Below, one piece after another: positions 30,086-39,013 of a stretch of DNA of 64,000 nucleotides. Each line of letters opens with the position of its first letter. Within the stretch, counting starts at the first letter, position 1. Source of the stretch: Candidatus Woesebacteria bacterium GW2011_GWA1_39_21 (GTDB lineage: Bacteria; Patescibacteriota; Microgenomatia; UBA8517); assembly GCA_000993685.1 (NCBI GenBank), contig LBWP01000002.1, positions 7,993 to 71,992 on the forward strand, given 5' to 3'. Under the pieces are notes generated by a model. That model saw nothing but the letters and a program-made list of their open reading frames with translations, had not been told where the DNA came from and searched no databases. A program made the position numbers and the translations under genes.

Positions 30086-32227
30086 ATGAAAAAAACAAAA
30101 CAAGTTATCAAAGCTAATGGTAATTTTCAGGAATTCGACACTGAAAAAATTTACAAAAGTATTTGGTTGGCTGCGCAAAATGTCGGTGGAAAGGATGATA
30201 AAACTGCGGTATTGCTTAAAAATGAAGTCGTTGCTGTACTCACAGAGAAATATCCAAATGGGGAGTACATCAAAACTTCGGAGATTGGCGAGATTGTCGA
30301 AAAGGTTCTGATTGAACACGGACATGCAAAAACAGCAAAAGAATTCATCCGCTTTCGGGAAAATAAAAAGCACTATCGTCAGGACAAAGAAAGCCTTGGG
30401 ATTAAAGACGATATCGGTTTGGGTTACAACACGCTGTATATTTTAAAGGAACGTTACCTTAAAAGAGACGAAAAGGGAAAGATTATTGAGACACCAAAGG
30501 GAATGTTTAAGCGGGTGGCAAAGTTTTTGGCAAGTGTTGAAAAGACAAAAGCACTTCGTGATAAATGGTATGAAAAATTTTATGACGTCATGGTTAAATT
30601 TGAGTTTCAACCGGGAACTAGACCGCTGGCCAACGCTGGAAAAAAAGAAGCACAACTTGGAAATTGTTTTGTCTGGCCGCTGAATGATGACATCAATCAT
30701 ATCTTTAAAATCCTGCACGAGTCGACTCTGATTAAAAAGCACGGTGGGGGGTGTGGTTATAACTTTTCCAATTTACGACCCGAGGGAGATGCTGTCGGTG
30801 GGATTCCAGATCTTGCGGCGGGCCCGGTCAAAATAATTGAAATGTTTGATTTAATGACCTCGCTTTTCAGACAAGAGGGAAAATACGAAAGCGGAAACAT
30901 GGCTGTTTTAAATGCCAACCACGCAGACATCTTTAATTTTATTTCCGCAAAACAAACTGACGGACATCTCTCAAAAACGAACATTTCTGTCGGTATTACG
31001 GATGAATTCATGAACGCAGCCCTTGAGGGAAAAGATTGGAAACTGATTAACCCAAGAAACGGTGAGGTGGTTAATGTTGTTAAGGCAAAATCGGTTCTTG
31101 AACTGATGGCGGCGATGGCCTGGCAAACCGGTGACCCGGGAATTCTTAATCTTTCTGCGATTAACAAGGGAAACCAATTTGGAAATCCGCTTTTGAAAAA
31201 GTGCGGACCGATAATGTCAACAAATGTTTGTGGAGAAATTCCACAGTACCCATACGAGTCCTGCAATTTGGGTTACGTCAACTTTACCAAATTTATAAAA
31301 GGTAAATCGTTTGATTTTGCGCATTTAAAAGAGGTGGTGGCAATTGCAGTCAGGTTGATGGACAACGTCATTTCCGCATCGTGGTTTCCAGTTCCCGAGG
31401 TTACAAAATCAGTGCAAGACCATCGAAGAATTGGAATTGGCTGTGTTGGTTGGGCGGAAACTTTAGCGAGGCTTGAAATTCCCTATGACAGTGAAGAAGC
31501 TTATGAGCTGGCGGAAAAAGTTACAAGGGCGATGTATCAATCCGCTTTTGTAACATCGGCCAAACTTGCCAAAGAAAAGGGGCCTTTTCCCCTTATATCT
31601 GATTCGATTTGGGCAAATAAAAAAGATAAACCACGAAACGTTGCGCTTTTGACTTTTCCGCCGTCTAGTGGAAATGCTGTCATTGCCGAAACAACTTTTG
31701 GTATTGAACCATACTTTGCTTTGGCCTATGAGCAAAATGTTCTTGGGGGAATGAGGCTTCGGACAATCATTCCGTATTTTGTCGAGAAATTAAAGGAAAG
31801 AGGAATTTATTCAGAAGAGCTAGTTCAAAAAGTTATCGACAATCATGGAAGTATTCAGGCACTTTCCGAAATCCCAGCCGATTTAAAAAAGATCTTCAAA
31901 GTTGCTCACGATATCCGGTGGCGGGATCATATCAAAATGCAGGCGGCTTTCCAAAAATGGACCGATAACGCAATCACAAAAACGATCAACATGCCCTCAA
32001 GTGCGACTCCAAACGATATTGAAGAAGCATACACTTTGGCTTGGAAATTGGGGTGCAAGGGACTGACGGTTTACCGTGATCGAACGAAAAAAGATCAGGT
32101 CTTTGAATTTGGAAAATCGGAGAATGACGTCATTTCTGTCAAGTGTCCCAATTGTGAAGCGCTGCTTACTAAGGAAAGAAAATGCTACAAATGTAAGAAG
32201 TGTGGATATTCGACGTGTGAAATTTGA
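30086..32227 (+). CDS. nrdJ: class II ribonucleotide reductase with N-terminal ATP-cone (paralog 3)
   Basis: The ATP-cone sequence is KQVIKANGNFQEFDTEKIYKSIWLAAQ. The active-site motif is TNVCGEIPQYPYESCNLGYVNF. A C-terminal zinc ribbon is present (CPNCEA...CYKCKKCGYSTC). Confidence 0.85.
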   Translation: MKKTKQVIKANGNFQEFDTEKIYKSIWLAAQNVGGKDDKTAVLLKNEVVAVLTEKYPNGEYIKTSEIGEIVEKVLIEHGHAKTAKEFIRFRENKKHYRQDKESLGIKDDIGLGYNTLYILKERYLKRDEKGKIIETPKGMFKRVAKFLASVEKTKALRDKWYEKFYDVMVKFEFQPGTRPLANAGKKEAQLGNCFVWPLNDDINHIFKILHESTLIKKHGGGCGYNFSNLRPEGDAVGGIPDLAAGPVKIIEMFDLMTSLFRQEGKYESGNMAVLNANHADIFNFISAKQTDGHLSKTNISVGITDEFMNAALEGKDWKLINPRNGEVVNVVKAKSVLELMAAMAWQTGDPGILNLSAINKGNQFGNPLLKKCGPIMSTNVCGEIPQYPYESCNLGYVNFTKFIKGKSFDFAHLKEVVAIAVRLMDNVISASWFPVPEVTKSVQDHRRIGIGCVGWAETLARLEIPYDSEEAYELAEKVTRAMYQSAFVTSAKLAKEKGPFPLISDSIWANKKDKPRNVALLTFPPSSGNAVIAETTFGIEPYFALAYEQNVLGGMRLRTIIPYFVEKLKERGIYSEELVQKVIDNHGSIQALSEIPADLKKIFKVAHDIRWRDHIKMQAAFQKWTDNAITKTINMPSSATPNDIEEAYTLAWKLGCKGLTVYRDRTKKDQVFEFGKSENDVISVKCPNCEALLTKERKCYKCKKCGYSTCEI

Positions 32228-32265
32228 ATTGATAAAGTTTCTACTCCCCCATATACTTCAAGAAA

Positions 32266-32802
32266 ATGACAATCTACACGAAAAAGGGCGATAAGGGTAA
32301 GACAGGACTATTTAAGAAGGTTAACGGTAAATCGGTGCGTGTTTCAAAATCTTCTTGTAACACCCGAGCAATTGGCGCGATTGACGAGGTTGACAGTTTT
32401 ATCGGTGTTGTCATTTCGCTCTCGCACGATGAGTATCTGAAGGAGAGGTTGCATCAAGTTCAAAACAATTTATTAACAACCGGTTCAATTCTCGCCGGTT
32501 CTGATTTAAAAATTCAACCGAGCGAAACAAAAAAGCTCGAAAAAGAAATCGACGAATGCGATAAATTTCTTCCCGCACTAACCAATTTTATTTTTCCGGG
32601 AGGGAGTCCGATCGCAGCTTATTTACAATACGCAAGAACACTGGCAAGAAAAGCGGAGCGGGAAGTGGTTGCGCTAAATGAAGAAACTCGCATATCGGCT
32701 TCAATATTAAAATATATCAACCGTCTTTCGGACTATCTTTTTACCCTGGCAAGAGTGGAGAATTTTAAATTGAAAGTCAAAGACGAAGTCTGGAAGAAAT
32801 AG
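32266..32802 (+). CDS. pduO: PduO-type ATP:cob(I)alamin adenosyltransferase
   Basis: The N-terminal signature is MTIYTKKGDKGKTGLF. The 178-aa length fits this family. It lies immediately downstream of the B12-dependent RNRs. Confidence 0.8.
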   Translation: MTIYTKKGDKGKTGLFKKVNGKSVRVSKSSCNTRAIGAIDEVDSFIGVVISLSHDEYLKERLHQVQNNLLTTGSILAGSDLKIQPSETKKLEKEIDECDKFLPALTNFIFPGGSPIAAYLQYARTLARKAEREVVALNEETRISASILKYINRLSDYLFTLARVENFKLKVKDEVWKK

Positions 32803-32851
32803 ATTAAGATTTGCACTCCGATTCAATTTTAGTAGTATATAATGGATTTAT

Positions 32852-33208
32852 ATGCCTGATGTGGAAAGAGAAAATGTTACTTCTGTACAGCCGTTGGTGA
32901 AAGAACGTCCGACAGACATGGAAATTCCACCGGAGTTGGAGCGTGGAGGAGTAGCTCAGGCGGTACCAAGTCAATTTAAAGGCCAGGTTAACGACGATTT
33001 CGGGAAACCCCTAATTCAGACACCACCAGCTTCGGCGGTAACAATTCAGGTTCCGGCTTCACAACAACAATTGGAAGGCTGGTCAAAAGGCGATCCTGAA
33101 AACGCTCTGACTTGGTTTGCGGTTTTTTGGATTCGATTGATTAAAAAGGCACTTCATTTTAGTTGGCGAATGGTTAAAAAAATTACAGGAGGTGAGCCAA
33201 ATGTATAG
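32852..33208 (+). CDS. hypothetical small protein with C-terminal hydrophobic helix
   Basis: The protein is Pro/Gln-rich and ends with a TM-like segment (LTWFAVFWIRLIKKAL). It overlaps the start of the ATPase gene. Confidence 0.3.
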   Translation: MPDVERENVTSVQPLVKERPTDMEIPPELERGGVAQAVPSQFKGQVNDDFGKPLIQTPPASAVTIQVPASQQQLEGWSKGDPENALTWFAVFWIRLIKKALHFSWRMVKKITGGEPNV

Positions 33209-35525
33209 TGAAGTCGAGGTTGCGATGATATTGTTACTAGTATTCTCTCTTTTTATTTTTGTTGTGGCTGTTGCAGTATTTTTTATTGTTACTCAAATTA
33301 AACACAGAAATCGTGAGGAGGAATCGATTGACTCAGTACTACTGCAAGTTGCAGTTCACAAAAATAACGAAATAAAAATTGATGCGATGGAACAGCTTTT
33401 TTCGGCTTTGTATTCAATCAAGGGGGGTGGTTGGAAGCAAAAATACAAAACACAACCGATATTGTCGTTTGAAATTGTTGCAAAAAAAGAGGACATCAGA
33501 TTTTACGTCTGGACGCCGAAGAAGTTTAAGGACATGATCGAAAAACAAATTCACGGTGCATACCCTGACGCAGAGGTAATAGAAGTTCAGGAATATAACA
33601 TTTTTACAGAAGAGGGGAAGGTTGCCTACAAATGCCTGCAATTGGCACGGGACAATTTTTATCCGATTAAGACTTTTAAGGAGTTGCCAACAGATCCTAT
33701 GTCGGTTATTACTTCAGCACTTGCCAAGATGGGAGATGGTGAAGCGGCAGCAATCCAGATTTTGATTTCTCCTGCTGATAGCACCTGGAGCAAACAGGGA
33801 ACGTCTTTCATCTCCGCTACCAAAAAGCAGGAAGCTGATCCGGAAAAGGCAAAGTTTTCCGTTCCGGCAAAAACACTGGAAGCGGTGGAAAATAAAGTTA
33901 CCAAATCGGGCTTTGATACGTCAGTTCGAATTGTCGTTGTGTCGAAAGATAAAGAATCGGCAAAATCGCATCTTTCGAACATTTCCAGTTCTTTCGCCCA
34001 GTTTAATGGAGATCTTAACTATCTCAAAAGCCGCGTGATCCGACAGAAGGGTGCATTTATTGAGGATTTTATTTACAGGTACCATCCAATGTTCCACGTC
34101 TTCGGCAATAAAAAATCAATTCTGAGTGTTGAGGAATTGGCGTCAATTTATCATTTTCCTAATAAAGCTATTACCACACCGCACATTAAATGGGTTTATT
34201 CGAAAACAGCTCCGGCACCTTCCGCAATTCCCGAATCCGGTATCTATTTGGGAGTAAGTTCTTATCAGGGAACAAAACGTCCAGTCTACATTTCTGATGA
34301 GGATCGGATGCGCCACATGTACATTGTCGGAAAAACCGGTGTCGGGAAGTCGGAGTTTTTAAAAGACCTAGTAATTCAAGATATTAGAAACGGTCAAGGA
34401 GTTTGTTTTATTGATCCGCACGGTGATGCGGTGGAAGATTTGTTGAACCTTATTCCTCCCGAGCGGGCAGAGGACGTAATTTACTTTAATCCTTCGGATT
34501 CCGAGCGGCCGATAGGACTTAACTTATTGGAAGCCAATACGGAAGATCAAAAACATTTTGCAGCCACAGCTGTGATTAATATGATGTACAAGCTTTTTGA
34601 TCCTTACAAAACGGGTATTGTCGGCCCACGTTTCGAACACGCTGTCAGAAATGCAATGCTTACGGCAATGAGTGATGAAGGTTCGACTTTTGTTGAAGTG
34701 ATGCGAATTTTAACCGACTCGCGTTATGTGCAAGAACTTCTTCCAAAAGTTACCGACCCGATAGTGAGGCGGTATTGGACAGATCAAATTGCACAGACCT
34801 CCGACTTTCATAAATCCGAAGTTTTGGATTACATCACCTCAAAATTCGGGCGCTTTGTCACAAACAGAATGATTAGAAATATTATCGGCCAATCTGAATC
34901 GTCTTTCTCGTTGCGTAGAGTTATGGACGAAGGGAAAATTCTATTTATTAATTTATCAAAGGGAACAATCGGTGAGGAAAACTCCAGCTTTTTGGGGCTC
35001 ATTTTGGTTCCAAGAATACTAATGGCGGCGATGAGTAGGACTGATGTTCCAAAGGAACAAAGACGCCCTTTTTATCTTTATGTTGACGAGTTTCAGAATT
35101 TTGCCACGCCGGACTTCGCAGTAATTTTATCCGAGGCGAGAAAATATGCACTGGCACTTTGTGTGGCGAATCAGTTTATCGGGCAAGTTGAGGAAGAAGT
35201 CAAAAATGCGGTTTTTGGTAACGTTGGAACAATTGTTTCTTTCCGAATTGGAACCACCGATGCTAATTATCTGCAGCACGAATTCGCTCCGGTTTTTGCT
35301 GAGGACGACCTATTAAATATCGAGAAATATCACGTCTACATTAAAACGACCGTCAACAACGAACCTGTACCTCCATTTTCAATGGACTTATTCCGTGATA
35401 TGGACAAGTTGAAGGCGATGGAAAATCCTAAAGTTGCCGGAATCATCAAAGAAATGAGCCGTCTTAACTACGGGCGTGACTTAAAACTGGTCGAGGCAGA
35501 AATCGCGCGAAGAGCAAAACTGTAA
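33192..35525 (+). CDS. membrane-anchored HerA/VirB4/VirD4-superfamily P-loop ATPase (type IV coupling-protein-like)
   Basis: An N-terminal TM helix is present. Walker A is GKTGVGKSEF. The sequence CFIDPHGD is a DPxGE-like motif. Walker B is FYLYVDEFQNF. Confidence 0.55.
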   Translation: MSQMYSEVEVAMILLLVFSLFIFVVAVAVFFIVTQIKHRNREEESIDSVLLQVAVHKNNEIKIDAMEQLFSALYSIKGGGWKQKYKTQPILSFEIVAKKEDIRFYVWTPKKFKDMIEKQIHGAYPDAEVIEVQEYNIFTEEGKVAYKCLQLARDNFYPIKTFKELPTDPMSVITSALAKMGDGEAAAIQILISPADSTWSKQGTSFISATKKQEADPEKAKFSVPAKTLEAVENKVTKSGFDTSVRIVVVSKDKESAKSHLSNISSSFAQFNGDLNYLKSRVIRQKGAFIEDFIYRYHPMFHVFGNKKSILSVEELASIYHFPNKAITTPHIKWVYSKTAPAPSAIPESGIYLGVSSYQGTKRPVYISDEDRMRHMYIVGKTGVGKSEFLKDLVIQDIRNGQGVCFIDPHGDAVEDLLNLIPPERAEDVIYFNPSDSERPIGLNLLEANTEDQKHFAATAVINMMYKLFDPYKTGIVGPRFEHAVRNAMLTAMSDEGSTFVEVMRILTDSRYVQELLPKVTDPIVRRYWTDQIAQTSDFHKSEVLDYITSKFGRFVTNRMIRNIIGQSESSFSLRRVMDEGKILFINLSKGTIGEENSSFLGLILVPRILMAAMSRTDVPKEQRRPFYLYVDEFQNFATPDFAVILSEARKYALALCVANQFIGQVEEEVKNAVFGNVGTIVSFRIGTTDANYLQHEFAPVFAEDDLLNIEKYHVYIKTTVNNEPVPPFSMDLFRDMDKLKAMENPKVAGIIKEMSRLNYGRDLKLVEAEIARRAKL

Positions 35526-35603
35526 TAGTTTTGTTTAAAAGACGGGTGGATACTTCGTGGAGAATGGGAAATTAGTTAGCTTCTTGGTATAATTACCTCA
35601 CTT

Positions 35604-35679
35604 GGCCTGGTAACTCAGTGGTTAGAGTGCCATTCTTATAAAATGGAAGTCGATGGTTCGAACCCATCCCAGGCCACCA
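35604..35679 (+). tRNA. tRNA-Ile (anticodon UAU), CCA encoded
   Basis: I hand-folded a cloverleaf. The acceptor pairs ggcctgg/ccaggcc. The D-stem pairs actc/gagt. The anticodon stem pairs ccatt/aatgg around loop cttataa, giving anticodon UAU at positions 34-36. The T-arm pairs gatgg/ccatc with loop ttcgaac. The 3' end is ACCA. Confidence 0.75.
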
Positions 35680-35725
35680 ATATTCTTACATGTCAAAACG
35701 AGGTTTTGTCATAAAGTCGATGTAC

Positions 35726-35756
35726 TTGGTTCGACTCCAAGCGGCTCCACCAAATT
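35726..35756 (+). other. orphan tRNA 3' fragment (T-arm plus 3' acceptor strand plus CCA; tRNA-Ala/tmRNA-like end GCUCCACCA)
   Basis: Sequence cttgg-ttcgact-ccaag-cggctcc-a-cca is present. No complementary 5' acceptor strand lies upstream. It is preceded by a 10-bp inverted repeat (atgtcaaaac-gag-gttttgtcat). Confidence 0.4.
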
Positions 35757-36022
35757 TTGATATGTCGAAGCTCTGCTTCGTCATAAAATCGAATTGGTCG
35801 TATCTATATAATCTTCAAGAAATATATAATGATTTAGTATTACCACCGATCGGATTTTTATTTTTTTGTAATATGGTTGGCATTTTGGGGAGTTTATAAT
35901 TTCTTTCTCTTGCCTAAAAAAATCTCTACAGAAAAATCACCTCGACTTTTGTCATTGACTTTTTATCTCTCACCCTAATTGACTTTTGTCTGTCTCGATT
36001 AATTTACACCAGAGAAGTTTCC

Positions 36023-36394
36023 TTGTTTGTTGTTTTGGTTTGTTTGATTGTACCGCTAGTATTTGTATATAAAAATAAAATATTTGCAAGGCTTGCAAAC
36101 TCAGTTTTTCAAGTAACGTGGATTTATTTTATAGCGAACTTTTTGGAGAACAAAAGTTTGATAATTGTATTATTTGTACTTGCGCACTTGCCAATATTAT
36201 TAGTAAAACACCTGGTAATGTTTTCGAAGTTATCAATATTAATCCTTTCTGTTTTTTATGGAATTGTGCTTATGTTATTGTTTACCAATTTTGATTTTCC
36301 CACAAATATTTTAATGGGAATAGCAATACATTTTTTAGGCTATTTGCTTTTTAGACCAATTGATCAAAGATTCAAGTTCAAAATTATCAACTGA
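36023..36394 (+). CDS. hypothetical small polytopic membrane protein
   Basis: 3-4 TM helices are predicted. I recognise no motif. Confidence 0.35.
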   Translation: MFVVLVCLIVPLVFVYKNKIFARLANSVFQVTWIYFIANFLENKSLIIVLFVLAHLPILLVKHLVMFSKLSILILSVFYGIVLMLLFTNFDFPTNILMGIAIHFLGYLLFRPIDQRFKFKIIN

Positions 36395-36435
36395 TAAGAG
36401 GAGTTTGAGGAATTTATAATTTTGTTGATTGTCGA

Positions 36436-37299
36436 TTAAAGTTCAACCAGTTCTTGTTTTTTTCCGGGTTGGGTTATCTCTGCGAGTGTGAGGTAGCGCT
36501 CAGTTGTAGAAAGCCTCTTGTGCCCTGATACTTGTGAGAGAAAGACAAGATCGACACCGGTTTTGAGGTTTTGGACAACGAAAGTTGTTCTTAAATCGTT
36601 AACAGTGTAACCTGGAATTTCTGCTTTCTGAAAGTATCTGTCGATTGCTGCTCTGATATTCCTTATTGCCAGCGGTTTTCCATTTTTGCTCACGAAAATA
36701 TATGGAGAATCTGACTTTGGCCGTTCATTAAGATATTTTTCCAACGTTAGTTTGGCTGACGAATTTAAGGGAATATCTCTTGATGCTTGAGTCGCATATG
36801 CATCAACGTGGACGGTTGCGTTTTTGATGTTTTCTTTCTTAAGCGCGGCAACTTCAGATATCCGTAGCCCGGTTTGGAGAATTAATTCTACGATTGCTGC
36901 AACTCTTGTGTCGTTTCTGACAACGTCGCGCAGAGCACGGTACTCAATTGCTGAAAGAAATTTTGGTGTTGAAGCTTCGATTTTGGGGTGGGAAACTGGG
37001 GAAGAGGGATCGCGTGAGGTGATTTTCTCATCCATGAGAAATCTGAAAAAGGTTTTAACGGCATTCAGTTTTCTTGAAACTGACTTTGGTGTATATTTTT
37101 GGGATAGCAGTTGATCACGAAAACCTTCAACATCGGTGGATTCGACAAGATCAGGCATCACTTTGTTCTTGCCGGTTAAATAGTCGACTAACTGTTCTAA
37201 ATCTGCTCTATAGGCTAGAATTGTTGAAGGCGATCTATTTTTATCTTTTAGGTTTTGGATAAATTTTGGCAGAAGATTTTTTAAGGTATCTTGTGGCAT
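36436..37299 (-). CDS. XerC/XerD-family site-specific tyrosine recombinase
   Basis: The N-terminal core-binding domain is TILAYRADLEQLVDYL. Catalytic box residues are present (GLRISEV; SGHKRLSTTERYLTL). The 287-aa length is typical of Xer rather than phage integrases. Confidence 0.75.
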   Translation of the reverse strand: MPQDTLKNLLPKFIQNLKDKNRSPSTILAYRADLEQLVDYLTGKNKVMPDLVESTDVEGFRDQLLSQKYTPKSVSRKLNAVKTFFRFLMDEKITSRDPSSPVSHPKIEASTPKFLSAIEYRALRDVVRNDTRVAAIVELILQTGLRISEVAALKKENIKNATVHVDAYATQASRDIPLNSSAKLTLEKYLNERPKSDSPYIFVSKNGKPLAIRNIRAAIDRYFQKAEIPGYTVNDLRTTFVVQNLKTGVDLVFLSQVSGHKRLSTTERYLTLAEITQPGKKQELVEL

Positions 37300-37496
37300 A
37301 GGTTAAAATATTGTTATATAGATTTTAATTTTCTGATCTTAAGAAAAATTAGCTATAGTCTACGCTTGTTGTTTGATTATATCTGTATTCTATAGGTTTA
37401 AAAAACATACCCAGGTTCAGTTTGGACAAAAACTGAAATTATTTGGGTATAATATTCGCAATATTAACACAACTTATAGTCTAAGGTCAATATATT

Positions 37497-37913
37497 ATGA
37501 GACATAACCGTTTAAGAAAGCAAGGGGAAAATACGAAGGAAAAGAGGACAAAAGACAGGCTAATGACATTTTTTTTAGTTATCTCGATAATTTTATTTGC
37601 GGGTTCAGTTACTCAGACGTCAAAAAAAATTGGAAAAGTAAATAAAGAGGTTAAGGATCGTGAGGAGCAACTTCGCAATCTTCAGAGCGAAGAAAAGAAG
37701 CTCGAAGAAAAATATCAAGAAGTCACAAGTAACGAATACATGGAAAAACAACTGCGCAACCAACTGAATTTGTCCAAAGAGAACGAGATTACACTGGTTC
37801 TCCCTGAAGACGAATTGTTGCGAAAACTGGTTCCAACGGATGATTTTGAGACGGAAGTGGATTTGACGCCAAATTATAAGAAATGGGCACGGGTCTTCGG
37901 TGTTGAGTTGTGA
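37497..37913 (+). CDS. FtsB/DivIC-like septum formation initiator (TM plus coiled coil)
   Basis: A TM helix is followed by a coiled coil. The C-terminal EYMEKQLRNQLNLSKENEITLVLPE resembles the FtsB/DivIC signature. Confidence 0.5.
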   Translation: MRHNRLRKQGENTKEKRTKDRLMTFFLVISIILFAGSVTQTSKKIGKVNKEVKDREEQLRNLQSEEKKLEEKYQEVTSNEYMEKQLRNQLNLSKENEITLVLPEDELLRKLVPTDDFETEVDLTPNYKKWARVFGVEL

Positions 37914-37916
37914 ATT

Positions 37917-38249
37917 TCAATCAGATTCGTTGGAATCGAAGAAGAAACCCTCTGGCGACAGCTCAAGACCGTTTGCTGTTTCTCTGTTTATTAGCAAACA
38001 TAAATTATTAATCTGCGATGGGCTATATCCTGTAATATCAGCTACCTTCTTACGGTCGAAACGTTTTCCCTCAGTGTTTTCAAACCAACTTGAATAGCAT
38101 CTGCAGAAAGCTTTCCATCTAGTCAGATCCGTTTCTTCCTTCGGCCAGTGAATTCTATACTCGTGCATTTTGTGGATTTTAACGAAGACTTTTGCTTTTG
38201 GATAGAGGACTTTTAAAAATAGACTTAAAAATGCGATTATGGCATGCAA
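37917..38249 (-). CDS. hypothetical protein with possible HTH
   Basis: Segment KVADITGYSPSQINNL is HTH-like. I recognise no family. Confidence 0.3.
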   Translation of the reverse strand: MHAIIAFLSLFLKVLYPKAKVFVKIHKMHEYRIHWPKEETDLTRWKAFCRCYSSWFENTEGKRFDRKKVADITGYSPSQINNLCLLINRETANGLELSPEGFFFDSNESD

Positions 38250-38296
38250 TGTTCGATCAAATTCCTTCTTGGTTAACGCTTAACCGTAAGTTTAAT

Positions 38297-38575
38297 TTAT
38301 TGTGTTGGAAACAGTCTCTGTCGTGAATGGTAGTATTTTCTGTCGCTCAACTCCCACAAAAGTCCATCAAGTAATCTTGAAGACTCGGGATTTGTATCAG
38401 TAAACGGATTTTTTTCAATGGGAAAAACCGGATTGTCCCTTAACATTTTCAACACCTTTTGTGCCTGAAAGATGGTATTAGTATATGTTGCTTTATCCAA
38501 TTTTTGCGTCTCGAATGCGTCTCCAATTAGATCATGTCTGACGGCTTTCTCTTTTCGTTCGTTGAAGCTGGACAT
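38297..38575 (-). CDS. hypothetical protein
   Basis: Only the ORF is seen. I recognise no motifs. Confidence 0.3.
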   Translation of the reverse strand: MSSFNERKEKAVRHDLIGDAFETQKLDKATYTNTIFQAQKVLKMLRDNPVFPIEKNPFTDTNPESSRLLDGLLWELSDRKYYHSRQRLFPTQ

Positions 38576-39013
38576 GGCCGCAATTATAACATTGGATCAA
38601 AAGCAGAACAAATTATTGGAAAACATTGAAGCGTTATTATTTCCGTTTATTGTTGCGGGGTCAGGAGTTGGACCTGATCTGGAAGATTATGCACCTTCTT
38701 GTGTTACCACAAGGGTAGGACTATATCATCATCCCGGCTTTAATCGGGAGTTTGGCGTGTAGTCTCTACGGAGTCCAAAATAAAATATTTTAATTTTAAA
38801 AAGGTTCCCTCGGTATTGTCCTGACATAATCAGGGTGTCCACCGATATAGCCAAATTCTCATTTATAATTACTCATAAATGGGCCCATTTCTACTAGCCT
38901 TCCGTGCAGCCGTACACTACCCCGCATGTCAACGAACAAACCATATTATATTTACTTTATACTGTGAAAGCAACATGGAATTGTACCTGCGTGAATAGTA
39001 TAATATTACTTGA

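Noticed and set aside
35690-35900. Possible tmRNA (ssrA) because the orphan 3' piece ends CGGCUCCACCA like tmRNA/tRNA-Ala
   Set aside because: No matching 5' acceptor strand (GGRGCYG) is present upstream or downstream. No tag-peptide reading frame ending in ...AA-stop is present. The upstream space is occupied by an ORF and tRNA-Ile. It is treated as a tRNA 3' fragment.
36436-37299. Calling the recombinase a phage integrase that defines an active prophage or genomic island
   Set aside because: Its length (287 aa) and N-terminal core-binding sequence fit XerC/XerD. A housekeeping FtsB-like gene lies in the same segment. Only the tRNA-fragment scars are reported.
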